Shown here piece after piece: positions 1 to 9,861 of a stretch of DNA of 64,000 nucleotides; positions within the stretch are counted from its first letter, which is position 1, and each line of letters opens with the position of its first letter. Position numbers and translations under genes: made by a program. The DNA lies in NCBI GenBank assembly GCA_963801355.1, contig CAWDEM010000008.1:448001-512000 (forward strand), written 5' to 3'. Under the pieces are notes generated by a model. The model was not told the origin of the DNA and made no database searches. It saw only the letters and a program-made list of their open reading frames with translations. This DNA comes from Ignavibacteriota bacterium. GTDB lineage: Bacteria; Bacteroidota; Ignavibacteria; UBA10030; UBA6906.

Positions 1-816
1 AAGGGCTTTGGCAACAACGGACCGTTCTTCTCCATTAACCTCTCCGTAGCGGACGACCGTGAGCTGGATTCACTCCTTTTCGGCCACGACAGAAGCGGAC
101 CCGGCGTCGGCTCGGCTCCACAACAGGGCATACTGGACCAGGGAGAAGGGGGCACGATCGTCCTGGAAGAACTGGAGGAAGCCAGCTTCCGCAACCAGCG
201 CAAGGTCATTACGTTCCTGTCCGAACGTGTTCACCACAACGGACGACCTGCCACCGATCTGCGAGTCGTCATTACCATGAAGAGCGATCCTGCACTGCTC
301 CTGCAGGAGCACAAACTCATGGATGAAGTCGCGCAACGCCTCCGGGAATTTGAGATCGTCGAAATCCCCCCGCTGCGCGAGCGGCTGGAGGATATCCCGA
401 TCCTTGTCAAACACTTCAGCTCCGAGATCTGCAAAGAACTCCAGATGCCGGAACTGGTCATCGATATCAACGCGATCGACGTCCTTGTGGCTCAGCCGTG
501 GCGCGACAACATCCGCGGCCTGAAATCGGTGATAGACAAGTGCGTGCTGCTTTCTCGCGACGGACGCTTCATCCTGCCTCCAGAGCTGGTCGACGAGAAG
601 TCGGAAGTCGCGAAAATGATCAACAACATTCTGGCAGGCCAGGAATTCATACTCGACAAGTCACTGGATGTTATCGAGAAGGGCATCATCGAACGATCAC
701 TTGAGAAGTTCGGCTTCAATCAGTCGCGGGCGGCTCAGTTCCTTGGTATGACGGAACAGACCTTCCGGTACAAACTGAAGCGATTGGGAATTGCCAGCGC
801 CCGAACCAGGGCGTAG
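1..816 (+). CDS. Sigma54-activator-like (bEBP AAA+ / Fis HTH) regulator, 5' truncated by the window, degenerate motifs
   Basis: Frame 1 is open from base 1 (KGFGNNGPFFSINLS...ELDSLLFGH...GEGGTIVLEEL) and continuous with ORF 277..816; IPPLRERLEDIP, PWRDNIRGL and C-terminal NQSRAAQFLGMTEQTFRYKLKRLG HTH. Confidence 0.85.
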   Translation, partial: KGFGNNGPFFSINLSVADDRELDSLLFGHDRSGPGVGSAPQQGILDQGEGGTIVLEELEEASFRNQRKVITFLSERVHHNGRPATDLRVVITMKSDPALLLQEHKLMDEVAQRLREFEIVEIPPLRERLEDIPILVKHFSSEICKELQMPELVIDINAIDVLVAQPWRDNIRGLKSVIDKCVLLSRDGRFILPPELVDEKSEVAKMINNILAGQEFILDKSLDVIEKGIIERSLEKFGFNQSRAAQFLGMTEQTFRYKLKRLGIASARTRA

Positions 817-871
817 GAACTCTCGGGTGTTGCCCACGTTCCTGAAGCCGGGACAAGCGGTGATTCAAACA

Positions 872-908
872 AACCAGCCCTCGCACTACGAGGGCTGGTT
901 CTTTTTTT
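872..908 (+). terminator. Intrinsic terminator between convergent genes
   Basis: AACCAGCCCTCG-cacta-CGAGGGCTGGTT followed by CTTTTTTT. Confidence 0.85.
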
Positions 909-2010
909 CCCCACTGAAACTCTGTTCCTTCCAGACCACCGTCCGGCCGGAGAGAACTATCACTGGAAAAATCAGCACGTACAAGAAATAGTAGACCTCA
1001 TACACGGGGAAAGCAGGGAGCAAATCCCACCTCCTGAATGTGTAAAGCGACGGCAGACAGAGGAGGAGATCCACACCCACCTTCAATAGTGCGGCCGTCC
1101 AGACCAGGGGCCCCGGAGCAAAAACCACACCGGCCACCAATCCGGCATGCAACAGCCAGGCTCCAGCGAACATCGCAATCGTCTGCAGATTCATGTCGCG
1201 CCCACCCGTGAACCAGCGCTTTCGTTGACGGTAGAGCTCACGCCAGGTGGGGCACGCCTCGCTTTCGACAAGTGTCGCCGGATCAAGGGGAAAAATGGCT
1301 CGATAACGGGTGGTGGCCGTGACCGCGTGGAACAAGGCATAGTCCTCGGTGATGCTGAAGGGAATGCCCTCGTAGCCTCCCACGGCATCGTACGCCGCCT
1401 TTCGCACCGACAGATTGTTGCCAACGGCTGTCACGGGGAAACCCAGACGGTTGGCTCCGGCAGCGACGGAGAACAGGGCAAACCAATCGAGAGTCTGCAT
1501 TGCCTCGAACAACGTCGCCGATCGAATGGCTGTAAACCCGGGCACAATGCCCACTGACTCATCGGTGTAATACTTCACCGTTTCGTCTACCCAGCCCGGT
1601 GGCACCGCGCAGTCGGCGTCGGTCATCATGATGATCTCGCCGGTTGCAATAGCCATGCCCTGCTGTAGCGCGTTCGCTTTTCCGCGGAGATGCCCCGTTC
1701 CCGGTTGTGCATTGTGCAGCCTCAGAAACGGGCAGAGGTCAAGATACTCACGAACGATGTCCGCTGTTGCATCCGTGGAACGGTCGTTTACGAGAATCAC
1801 CTCCAGAAGCTCCCGGGGATACCGGAGACGCGTGACGGCATCGAGGCAGCGCCGGATATTCTTTTCTTCATTGCGGGCAGCGATGAGCACGGAAACCCGC
1901 AGACGAATTCCACTGTTATGTGGATAACGGGCAAAGGCAGCGCCGACGGTGAAAAACAACATCCCGGCTGCGTACGCTACCGCAAGTATCAGGAGGGTCA
2001 GAACAAACAT
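886..2010 (-). CDS. Membrane glycosyltransferase family 2
   Basis: VSVLIAARNEE, DRSTD, TDADC (DxD), TED and QRKRW motifs; N- and C-terminal TM helices; ATG at 2010 chosen as start. Confidence 0.85.
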   Translation of the reverse strand: MFVLTLLILAVAYAAGMLFFTVGAAFARYPHNSGIRLRVSVLIAARNEEKNIRRCLDAVTRLRYPRELLEVILVNDRSTDATADIVREYLDLCPFLRLHNAQPGTGHLRGKANALQQGMAIATGEIIMMTDADCAVPPGWVDETVKYYTDESVGIVPGFTAIRSATLFEAMQTLDWFALFSVAAGANRLGFPVTAVGNNLSVRKAAYDAVGGYEGIPFSITEDYALFHAVTATTRYRAIFPLDPATLVESEACPTWRELYRQRKRWFTGGRDMNLQTIAMFAGAWLLHAGLVAGVVFAPGPLVWTAALLKVGVDLLLCLPSLYTFRRWDLLPAFPVYEVYYFLYVLIFPVIVLSGRTVVWKEQSFSGEKKNQPS

Positions 2011-2166
2011 GCGTTGCGGAATTTTCGCGATTTGAATTTTTTTCAGAATACAGAATTCCCCCAGCGAATGCAAGCTGCAGCAAACTTGTCTTTCTGCCAA
2101 GTTTTCCTATATTTGTATCGTCTAAAGCACTCTCACCAACTATCCATAATTGTGATGGAGGTTCCA

Positions 2167-2532
2167 ATGAAACTCAGGTCAATGCTGGCACTTGTTGCCC
2201 TCGTGCTGTTTGCAGGAGTCGCCTTTGCACAGTCGATCGAGACCGGTGAGTTTACCGCTTCCCCCAACCAGGAAGGTTTTTCGCTGAATACCGGGAAGGG
2301 TGATCGAGTATATATTGAGACCATCGCTTTTGACAAAGGCTTCAAGGCACCCCCCAAAGTCCATGTGTTCCTCTCCGGATTCGATGCAAAAGGCGATGAG
2401 ACCGGCGTCGTGCGGGTCCACGTCAGCGCGTCAAAGGTCACCAAGACCGGCTTCACACTTCGCGTAAAGACCTGGGGTGAGAGCATTGTCGGCTCCGCAT
2501 GGGGCACCTGGATGGCAGTTGGTGTGAGGTAA
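2167..2532 (+). CDS. Secreted H-type lectin domain protein
   Basis: Signal peptide MKLRSMLALVALVLFAGVAFA; IAFDKGFKAPPKVHVFLSGFD...VRVHVSASKVTKTGFTLRVKTWG...WMAVG matches the H-lectin pattern; GGAGG RBS upstream. Confidence 0.7.
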   Translation: MKLRSMLALVALVLFAGVAFAQSIETGEFTASPNQEGFSLNTGKGDRVYIETIAFDKGFKAPPKVHVFLSGFDAKGDETGVVRVHVSASKVTKTGFTLRVKTWGESIVGSAWGTWMAVGVR

Positions 2533-2560
2533 GAATCTTGAGCTGCACGCTGCATCCCGC

Positions 2561-2597
2561 TGCGGGCTGCCGTCCGACGGTAGCCCGCATCTGTTTC
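2561..2597 (+). terminator. Hairpin/terminator after the lectin gene
   Basis: TGCGGGCTGCCGT-ccg-ACGGTAGCCCGCA followed by TCTGTTTC. Confidence 0.55.
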
Positions 2598-2613
2598 TGA
2601 AAGGAATGAGTCT

Positions 2614-4104
2614 ATGAAGGAGTTGTCTTCGGATAAGCCCCGTTGTCATTGCGCCATTTTCGGTGTCTATGGTCACAACGCAGCCGCTCAACTCAGCTAC
2701 TACGGATTGCTCGCGCAACAGCATCGCGGTCAGGAGGGTTCGGGGATCGTCACTTCCGAATTTGATACCACGCAACAACGCTACCGGTTCCATCTGCACA
2801 AAGGCGTTGGGCTGGTTGACGATGTCTACAGCGACCGCTTGCTGCTCACCGAGGCGCTTCGCGGCACCTCCGCCATCGGCCATAACCGCTATTCCACGTC
2901 CGGCTCGGCCGACAACAAGGCGAACATCCAGCCGTTTACGGTGATGTATAAAGGAGGCAATCTTGCCATCGCTCACAACGGCAATCTGACGAATTTCCGG
3001 GAAATCCGAAAACGCCTCCAGGATTCCGGGACGATATTCCAAACAACGTCCGATACGGAAGTCATTCTCCATCTCATCGCTCGCAGCCCGAAGACCGATC
3101 AGCTCGAACAGATCCGCGATGCACTCGCACAGGTACGGGGCGCATATTCACTTGTGATTCTCACCGACCACGGGTTGATCGTTGCGCGAGATCATCACGG
3201 GGTGCGTCCGCTGGCGATCGGACGGAAGGATGGGGCATTCTTCGTCGCGTCCGAGACCGTCGCGTTTGACATCATCGACGCTGAATACGTTCGCGATGTC
3301 AAACCCGGCGAAATGGTTGTCTTCGACGACGAGTCCTTGCGCACCGGCGAAGGAAAATCCTCCGTCATCCCCGGCGAATCCGGCATGCCGCATCACTGCA
3401 TCTTCGAGTTTATCTATTTCTCCCGGCCGGACAGCCAGATATTCGGTCACAGCGTGGACAAGGTGCGGCGCAAACTCGGCAAGACTCTTGCGCTGGTGCG
3501 TCCGGTGGTGCCGAAGAATCCCTCAGATAAGGTCATCGTCATCAATGTTCCCGATTCGAGCAATACCGCCACCATGGGGTTCGTGCAGGCAACGAACAAG
3601 CAGGGAGGCAACGCCAAACTGGAGATCGGCCTGATCCGGAGCCACTACATCGGGCGCACATTTATCGCGCCCCGGCAAGAAGTCCGGCAGAACAAAGTGA
3701 AGATCAAGTTCAATATCGTCAAAGGTGTGTTGAAAGACCGCGTTGTAGTAATTGTCGATGACTCCATCGTGCGCGGTACGACGTCCAAGCAGCTTGTACA
3801 ACTCATCCGGCAAGGGGAGCCGAAAGAGGTGCACTTCCGCGTGACTGCTCCGCCTATTACGCATCCCTGCCATTATGGGATGGACTTTCCGACGCAGCAT
3901 GAGCTGATCGCACATCAGTTCGGCGGGGATGTGGATGCGATAGCGAAAGAGCTCGGCGTCGACAGTCTGGGTTACCTGACCATCGACGAGCTTCTCGCTT
4001 CAGCACCCGCCGAACACGGCGAGCATTATTGCACCGCATGCTTCAGCGGAAAGTATCCCATCCCCATCGACGTCCAACAAAGCAAAGATGAGAATGAGGC
4101 GTGA
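2614..4104 (+). CDS. purF: Amidophosphoribosyltransferase (propeptide, 4Fe-4S type)
   Basis: CAIFG, QHRGQE, GHNRYST, HNGNL, SDTE, VIVDDSIVRGTT; Cys in CIFE, PCHYG and CTACF. Confidence 0.97.
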   Translation: MKELSSDKPRCHCAIFGVYGHNAAAQLSYYGLLAQQHRGQEGSGIVTSEFDTTQQRYRFHLHKGVGLVDDVYSDRLLLTEALRGTSAIGHNRYSTSGSADNKANIQPFTVMYKGGNLAIAHNGNLTNFREIRKRLQDSGTIFQTTSDTEVILHLIARSPKTDQLEQIRDALAQVRGAYSLVILTDHGLIVARDHHGVRPLAIGRKDGAFFVASETVAFDIIDAEYVRDVKPGEMVVFDDESLRTGEGKSSVIPGESGMPHHCIFEFIYFSRPDSQIFGHSVDKVRRKLGKTLALVRPVVPKNPSDKVIVINVPDSSNTATMGFVQATNKQGGNAKLEIGLIRSHYIGRTFIAPRQEVRQNKVKIKFNIVKGVLKDRVVVIVDDSIVRGTTSKQLVQLIRQGEPKEVHFRVTAPPITHPCHYGMDFPTQHELIAHQFGGDVDAIAKELGVDSLGYLTIDELLASAPAEHGEHYCTACFSGKYPIPIDVQQSKDENEA

Positions 4105-4642
4105 GTTTTGGACGATACCGAATGCACTCAGTATTCTCCGCATTCTGCTTGTGCTCCCGTTCCTGGCGGCGATCTTTTCTTCAGGAGCGGATGCCCGGTG
4201 GTGGGCACTCTTCTGGATGGGCCTGGGTGTCCTGACAGACAAGCTCGACGGCGACGTCGCGCGCTGGACCCACAGCGAGTCAGAATGGGGGCGCATTCTC
4301 GATCCACTTGCCGACAAAGTGGGCGTCGGAGCGGTTGCCCTCGCATTGCTCATCAAGGGTTGGCTGCCACTCTGGTTTGTTGTCGTGCTTCTCTTCCGGG
4401 ACACGGTGATTCTCATCGGCGGGTTAGTGATCAAACAGAAAACCGGAGAGGTTATACCTTCAAACATGGCAGGGAAGTGGGCCGTCGGCGTGATCGGCGG
4501 GACATTGATTGTCGCGATCGTTGATTACACCACGCCGTTTCTCTCTTACTGCATAGGCCTCAGCCTTGCCATGGTCGCGCTTTCGACCGCGGGCTACCTG
4601 AAGCGATTCGTGCAGATCATGCGCGTGCAAAAGGCAAACTGA
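4088..4642 (+). CDS. CDP-alcohol phosphatidyltransferase (PgsA-like)
   Basis: TIPNALSILR; DKLDGDVAR...GRILDPLADK motif. Confidence 0.9.
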   Translation: MRMRREFWTIPNALSILRILLVLPFLAAIFSSGADARWWALFWMGLGVLTDKLDGDVARWTHSESEWGRILDPLADKVGVGAVALALLIKGWLPLWFVVVLLFRDTVILIGGLVIKQKTGEVIPSNMAGKWAVGVIGGTLIVAIVDYTTPFLSYCIGLSLAMVALSTAGYLKRFVQIMRVQKAN

Positions 4643-4648
4643 CGACTG

Positions 4649-5590
4649 ATGGGACTACTCGACAAGATCGGTATGGGCCGGCTCCGGGAGGGATTGTCAC
4701 GGACCCGGGACGGACTTTTCGGCGCGGTGACACGGATAGTGACCGGCAGTGTGAAGATCGATGAGCAGTTGCTTGAGAACATGGAAGAGACACTGATTGC
4801 GGGCGATGTCGGTGCTGGAACAGCCGTGGAGATCATGAACGCCCTGCGTGAGCGGTGCAGGAAAGATCAGGTGAAGGAAGCTGCGGCGTTGCTTCCTCTC
4901 CTTAAAGAAGAAATCACCACCCGGTTGCGTGCGGCTGCGCCGGTGGGAGAAGCGCCATTCGCTCTCCCGGCTGCCCGTCCGTTCGTCGTCATGGTGGTCG
5001 GCATCAACGGAGTGGGAAAAACCACAACGATCGGGAAGCTTGCGCACCGGTATGTGGGGCAGGGGTACCGTGTCATGATTGCGGCCGCCGATACGTTTCG
5101 CGCAGCGGCGAATGAGCAGCTCGAGATCTGGGCAAAGCGGGCTGGTGCAGAGATCATACAGCAGAAGCAGGGTGCAGACCCGGCCGCCGTCGCGTTCGAC
5201 GCCGTAAGTGCCGCCGCTGCACGCGGATTCGATGTGGTGATTATTGATACCGCCGGGCGACTACACACGCGAACGAACCTGATGGAGGAACTCCGCAAGA
5301 TCCACCGCGTGGTCGGCCGTCACAGCCCTTCGGCGCCTCACGAGGTGCTGCTGGTGATCGACGCATCAACCGGTCAAAATGGCTTGCAACAGGCAAAGCA
5401 GTTCAGCTCCACGACCGGTGTCACGGGGCTCGTGCTGACCAAACTGGACGGCACGGCGAAGGGCGGCATTGTGCTCGCCATCGCACATGAATTGGGGATT
5501 CCCGTGCGCTACGTCGGTGTGGGCGAACGTCTGGACGACCTGCAGCCGTTCGACCCACAGCAATTCGCGGAGGCGCTGTTCGAGGGATGA
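4649..5590 (+). CDS. ftsY: Signal recognition particle receptor FtsY
   Basis: GINGVGKTTT, DTFRAAA, DTAGR, TKLDGTAKGG. Confidence 0.97.
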   Translation: MGLLDKIGMGRLREGLSRTRDGLFGAVTRIVTGSVKIDEQLLENMEETLIAGDVGAGTAVEIMNALRERCRKDQVKEAAALLPLLKEEITTRLRAAAPVGEAPFALPAARPFVVMVVGINGVGKTTTIGKLAHRYVGQGYRVMIAAADTFRAAANEQLEIWAKRAGAEIIQQKQGADPAAVAFDAVSAAAARGFDVVIIDTAGRLHTRTNLMEELRKIHRVVGRHSPSAPHEVLLVIDASTGQNGLQQAKQFSSTTGVTGLVLTKLDGTAKGGIVLAIAHELGIPVRYVGVGERLDDLQPFDPQQFAEALFEG

Positions 5591-7419
5591 ACGTAACACA
5601 CACAGAGAACGCGCCGGCATCACCCAGGCGGCGCGTCGAGGTCCTGCCGGACCACATTGCCAACAAGATCGCCGCCGGTGAGGTGATCCAGCGGCCGGAG
5701 TCTGTGGTCAAGGAACTCGTGGAGAATGCTATCGATGCCGGCGCACGTTCGTTGCAGGTGATCATCAAAGGCGGAGGCACCGACCTTGTGCAGGTGGTAG
5801 ACGACGGATACGGGATGGACGAACGGGATGCGGTGGCATCGTTTCTCCGCCACGCCACGAGCAAGATCGTGCGGTACGAAGACCTCGAAGAAATCGGCAC
5901 GTATGGATTCCGCGGAGAAGCGCTGGCATCCATCGCAGCTGTCGCGCAAGTGGTCTTGACAACGCGGCGCCCCGAGGATGATGTTGCAGTTGTCGTGCGC
6001 GTACATCCCGGCGGGGAAACCGAAGTCGCACGTGATGCGCGGCCGCCTGGCACCACGATCACGGTCAGCAATCTCTTCTATACCGTTCCCGCAAGAAGGA
6101 AATTCCTCAAGAGTACGCAAACAGAATTCCGGCATGTGCACGATGTCCTTGTCCGCACAGCGCTCTCCCACCCGGAATTGACGCTCGACTTCTACAGCGA
6201 CAACGAGACGGTGTTCCGGCTGAAGCCGTCAACCGTGGAGCAGCGCATTATCGATCTGTTCGGACAACGGACCGGCGAATCCCTGTTGTACGTGGCAGAG
6301 GAGTCTGAGTTCCTCTCGGTCTCCGGGTTCGTCGGAAAACCGACGTACGGACAGAAGACGCGGGCACATCAGTATCTGTTCCTTAATGGCAGATATATTG
6401 CGAACCGGAACATAGCGCACGCGGTCCTCGGTGCGTACGAGCATCTGCTCGAGAAGGGCTCCTTTCCTTTTTTCATCCTGTTCCTGCAGATTGATCCCCG
6501 GCGTGTCGACGTGAACATCCATCCCTCGAAGATGGAAGCGAAATTTGACGACGAGCAAGGGGTCTACCGCTTTGTCGCCGCGCTGGTGAGGAGGGCGCTC
6601 GGTTCCTCGGGAGCCGTTCCGGCAATGACGATCACGGGTGGGATGGACGGCGGCGATCCACTCGGGCTGCGGTTCACAGCGGCTCAACACGGCGGCGAAG
6701 CTCGCGGGTTCTCGCCGACACAATGGTTTCCGGACGGGCGGGTGAACAGAGAGACCGGGGAGATCCTGCCGCCGCTGGAGTTCGACGGTACGGGGCCGGC
6801 GGTCGCGAACGGAGCGGTGACGCAGGGTGAATTCACGGCGGATGATGAACCGGGACCTTTGCTGTGGCAAGTGCACAACAAGTACATCCTGTCGCAGATC
6901 AAGAACGGCATCATGATCATCGATCAGCATGTTGCCCATGAGCGTGTATTGTATGAGAGGGCACTTGAGAGACTGCAGCGCGGTCTGCGATCATCACAAC
7001 AACTGCTGTTCCCTTGCACAGCGCCGTTCTCTGCGTCCGACTATTCGCTCATTGAAGAACTCCTCCCGCAACTCGAAGAGCTGGGATTTGACATCAAGCC
7101 GTTTGGCAAGAATACGCTGATGATCGAGGGTGTTCCCACTGACGTCCGTCCGGGCCAGGAACACTCGATTCTTGACGAGATGCTCGCGTTGTACAAGGAG
7201 TACCGCCGGGAAGCACCAACGGATGTACGTGACAACCTTGCGAAGTCGTTCTCCTGCAAGTCCGCCATCAAATCGGGAGATTCGCTGACGGAGCAGGAAA
7301 TGCGTTCGCTGATCAGCCAGCTTTTCGCCACGCGAATGCCCTATGTGTGTCCGCACGGCAGGCCGGTGGTCTTGCGTATTCTTACAGAGGAGCTCGACCG
7401 CCGGTTCGGGAGGCGTTAA
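5587..7419 (+). CDS. mutL: DNA mismatch repair endonuclease MutL
   Basis: NKIAAGEVIQRP, GFRGEAL, DQHVAHER, SCK, CPHGRP. Confidence 0.97.
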   Translation: MNVTHTENAPASPRRRVEVLPDHIANKIAAGEVIQRPESVVKELVENAIDAGARSLQVIIKGGGTDLVQVVDDGYGMDERDAVASFLRHATSKIVRYEDLEEIGTYGFRGEALASIAAVAQVVLTTRRPEDDVAVVVRVHPGGETEVARDARPPGTTITVSNLFYTVPARRKFLKSTQTEFRHVHDVLVRTALSHPELTLDFYSDNETVFRLKPSTVEQRIIDLFGQRTGESLLYVAEESEFLSVSGFVGKPTYGQKTRAHQYLFLNGRYIANRNIAHAVLGAYEHLLEKGSFPFFILFLQIDPRRVDVNIHPSKMEAKFDDEQGVYRFVAALVRRALGSSGAVPAMTITGGMDGGDPLGLRFTAAQHGGEARGFSPTQWFPDGRVNRETGEILPPLEFDGTGPAVANGAVTQGEFTADDEPGPLLWQVHNKYILSQIKNGIMIIDQHVAHERVLYERALERLQRGLRSSQQLLFPCTAPFSASDYSLIEELLPQLEELGFDIKPFGKNTLMIEGVPTDVRPGQEHSILDEMLALYKEYRREAPTDVRDNLAKSFSCKSAIKSGDSLTEQEMRSLISQLFATRMPYVCPHGRPVVLRILTEELDRRFGRR

Positions 7420-7461
7420 CCTTCCGCAGTCCGGCCGGAGGAGGCAGGTCCGACCGCCATA

Positions 7462-7490
7462 TTGCAATTCGTGCGGGTGCTTCGTAAATT
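7462..7490 (+). promoter_or_regulatory. Putative sigma70 promoter
   Basis: TTGCAA-17 bp-TAAATT upstream of the DUF362 gene. Confidence 0.5.
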
Positions 7491-7531
7491 CATACGATAT
7501 ATCGTTTTTTGTCAAACTCTAGGAACAGGCA

Positions 7532-8650
7532 ATGGGGAAAGCAACGGTAGCGGTTCTGAAAACAACACCTCAAACAGTGCTTAGGGACTACGAGCGTCTT
7601 GCCGAATTGGCGGGAATGAGTGCCGCGCTGGACAAAAAGGCCCCGACGATTCTCAAGGACAATATTTCCTGGCATTTCCCCTTCCCGGCGGCGAACACCA
7701 CTCCTTGGCAACTTGAGGGCGCCATCCTTGCGCTGCAGAAGTCGGGCTTCCAGGACATCACAGCCGTGCAGAACAAGACTGTTGTCACCGATGCGTTCAA
7801 GGGAGAGGATCTCAACAAGTACGTTCCGCTCTTCCGGAAATACGCGATCCCTGTGCGATTCAACTTCCGCGAAGAAGACATGAAGTGGGTGGCCTACAAG
7901 CCCAAGAAAAAGATGCACGTACTCGACAAGATCTATCCGGAAGGGATCACAATCCCGGACTATTTCTTTGGCAAGAATATCGTCCATCTGCCCACGGTGA
8001 AATGCCACATCTATACAACGACCACCGGCGCCATGAAGAACGCCTTCGGCGGTCTGCTCAATACCAAGAGGCACTACACACACTCCTGGATCCACCGGAC
8101 GCTTGTAGATTTGCTTGCCATCCAGAAGGAAATCCACACGGGGTTGTTTGCGTTCATGGACGGCACCACGGTGGGAAACGGACCGGGTCCGAGAACCATG
8201 TACCCGGTTGTCAAGGACTACATTCTGGCGAGTACCGATCAGACGGCCATCGATGCCGTTGCGGCGAAGATGATGGGGTTCGACCCGCTCTCTCTTGAGT
8301 ATATCCGGGTTGCCCATGAAGACGGATTGGGTGTCGGCGATGTCCGCGACATCACCATTGCCGGTGCCGACATCTCAAATGAGTCGTGGGGGTTCCACGT
8401 GGGGAATAACCTCGCAAGCATGGCGGGGCATCTGACCTGGTTTGGACCGCTCAAAGGTATGCAGAATCTGTTGTTCCACACCCCGGTGGTCAACCTCTTT
8501 ATTTTTGCATCGGAATCGTATCATGATTACTATCGCTGGCCTGTGAAAGACCGGCGGACATTTGAGAACTGGCGTGCGACGACACACTGGGGAAAACTGT
8601 TTCAAGAGTACGAAAAACTTTCACCGGCCCCCGTCGGCGTGAAGTCGTAG
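7532..8650 (+). CDS. DUF362 domain protein
   Basis: ILKDN...NTTPW, HLPTVKCH...TTGAMKNAFG, DG..VGNGP, ASTDQTAIDAVAAKMMGFDP. Confidence 0.75.
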   Translation: MGKATVAVLKTTPQTVLRDYERLAELAGMSAALDKKAPTILKDNISWHFPFPAANTTPWQLEGAILALQKSGFQDITAVQNKTVVTDAFKGEDLNKYVPLFRKYAIPVRFNFREEDMKWVAYKPKKKMHVLDKIYPEGITIPDYFFGKNIVHLPTVKCHIYTTTTGAMKNAFGGLLNTKRHYTHSWIHRTLVDLLAIQKEIHTGLFAFMDGTTVGNGPGPRTMYPVVKDYILASTDQTAIDAVAAKMMGFDPLSLEYIRVAHEDGLGVGDVRDITIAGADISNESWGFHVGNNLASMAGHLTWFGPLKGMQNLLFHTPVVNLFIFASESYHDYYRWPVKDRRTFENWRATTHWGKLFQEYEKLSPAPVGVKS

Positions 8651-8663
8651 CGGGAGCACATAT

Positions 8664-9551
8664 GTGAATTCGAAGACGCGCGCCGAACTGGCGCTCCTTG
8701 CCACGACGTTTCTCTGGGGTGGGACGTTTCCGGTCGTCAAGATCGGGATGATCTATATATCTCCGGTGTTGCTGATCGCCGTGCGTTTCGTTGTGGCGAC
8801 CATCGTGTTGTTGCTTTTCTTCCGCCGGAAGATCTTTCCGATCCCCGCTGCATCTGTGGCGAAAGGTGCGGTGCTCTCACTGTTTCTTTTCCTGGGCTTC
8901 GTTGCGCAGAATATCGGTCTGACCATCACCACGGCATCGAAGTCCGCGTTTATCACGGGGATGATGGTGCTCTTTGTCCCGCTCCTCCAATTTGTGATCG
9001 AACGCCGACCGCCGAAATTCGGCAATGTCCTGGGAGTGGGGGTTGTCGCGGCGGGGCTCTGGTTCCTCACGTCGCCGACTGGAGCGGGCTTGAATGCCGG
9101 AGATGCACTGACGCTCGTCTGTGCCGTCCTATTCGGCGTCTACATCGTCTATCTCGATGTGATTTCCCGTGACATGACGCCGCTGCAGCTCGTGTTCCTG
9201 CAGATGTCGTGCACCGCGGTGTTCGCGGTGGTTGCCACACTCGGATTTGAGACACCATCGTTCCGGTGGTCGACGGAAGGTGTTGCGGCGCTGCTGTATC
9301 TCACAGTCCTGGCCACGCTGTTGACGACGTACGTGCAGACGCGGTTTCAGAAGGACACGACCCCCACGCGGGCCGTCGTGATCTTCTCCATAGAGCCGAT
9401 CATCGCCTCGGTGTTGGCGGCGTTGATGCTCGGCGAGCGGATGGGCACGTTGGGGATGCTCGGCGGCGCGTTGATCATCGTGGGCGTGCTCGTGTCGGAG
9501 CTTTCCGATGGAGTGCCGTGGCTGAACCGGGCGGTAAGAGGTGATTCTTGA
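8664..9551 (+). CDS. DMT/EamA family transporter
   Basis: About 10 TM helices in two EamA repeats; LWGGTF, EPIIAS...LGE. Confidence 0.9.
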   Translation: MNSKTRAELALLATTFLWGGTFPVVKIGMIYISPVLLIAVRFVVATIVLLLFFRRKIFPIPAASVAKGAVLSLFLFLGFVAQNIGLTITTASKSAFITGMMVLFVPLLQFVIERRPPKFGNVLGVGVVAAGLWFLTSPTGAGLNAGDALTLVCAVLFGVYIVYLDVISRDMTPLQLVFLQMSCTAVFAVVATLGFETPSFRWSTEGVAALLYLTVLATLLTTYVQTRFQKDTTPTRAVVIFSIEPIIASVLAALMLGERMGTLGMLGGALIIVGVLVSELSDGVPWLNRAVRGDS

Positions 9552-9576
9552 TTTTCAGTGCATCCGGCCGTACACT
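9548..9576 (+). promoter_or_regulatory. Putative sigma70 promoter for the acyP-ispF-dedA-PAP2-lnt unit
   Basis: TTGATT-17 bp-TACACT. Confidence 0.5.
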
Positions 9577-9588
9577 TACATACGTGTC

Positions 9589-9861
9589 ATGAATGTCCGT
9601 GCGCACATAATTGTCAGGGGGATGGTGCAGGGCGTGGGGTTCCGGTGGTTCGCGGCGCGGGAAGCGCAGAAACTCGGTCTGGCGGGATTCGTGTGCAATC
9701 TCGCCGACGGGGGTGTGGAGGTGGAAGCGGAAGGGGAACGCGGCACCGTGGAACAACTCATTGCCCTCCTGAAGGTGGGTCCGCGTGCCGCAGACGTCCG
9801 GGATCTGCATATCACCTGGCAGCAACCATTGATGGAGAGAATCCGCTTTGAAATCCGCTGA
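9589..9861 (+). CDS. acyP: Acylphosphatase
   Basis: GMVQGVGFR, GFVCNLADGGVE; ATG at 9589. Confidence 0.93.
   Translation: MNVRAHIIVRGMVQGVGFRWFAAREAQKLGLAGFVCNLADGGVEVEAEGERGTVEQLIALLKVGPRAADVRDLHITWQQPLMERIRFEIR

Noticed and set aside
59-280. 73-aa ORF suggesting a separate gene or frameshift upstream of ORF 277..816
   Set aside because: Frame 1 is open from base 1 and encodes the AAA+ domain continuously; this ORF is an off-frame shadow
1690-2166. Long N-terminal extension of the lectin ORF
   Set aside because: Antisense to the GT2; the RBS and signal peptide point to ATG 2167
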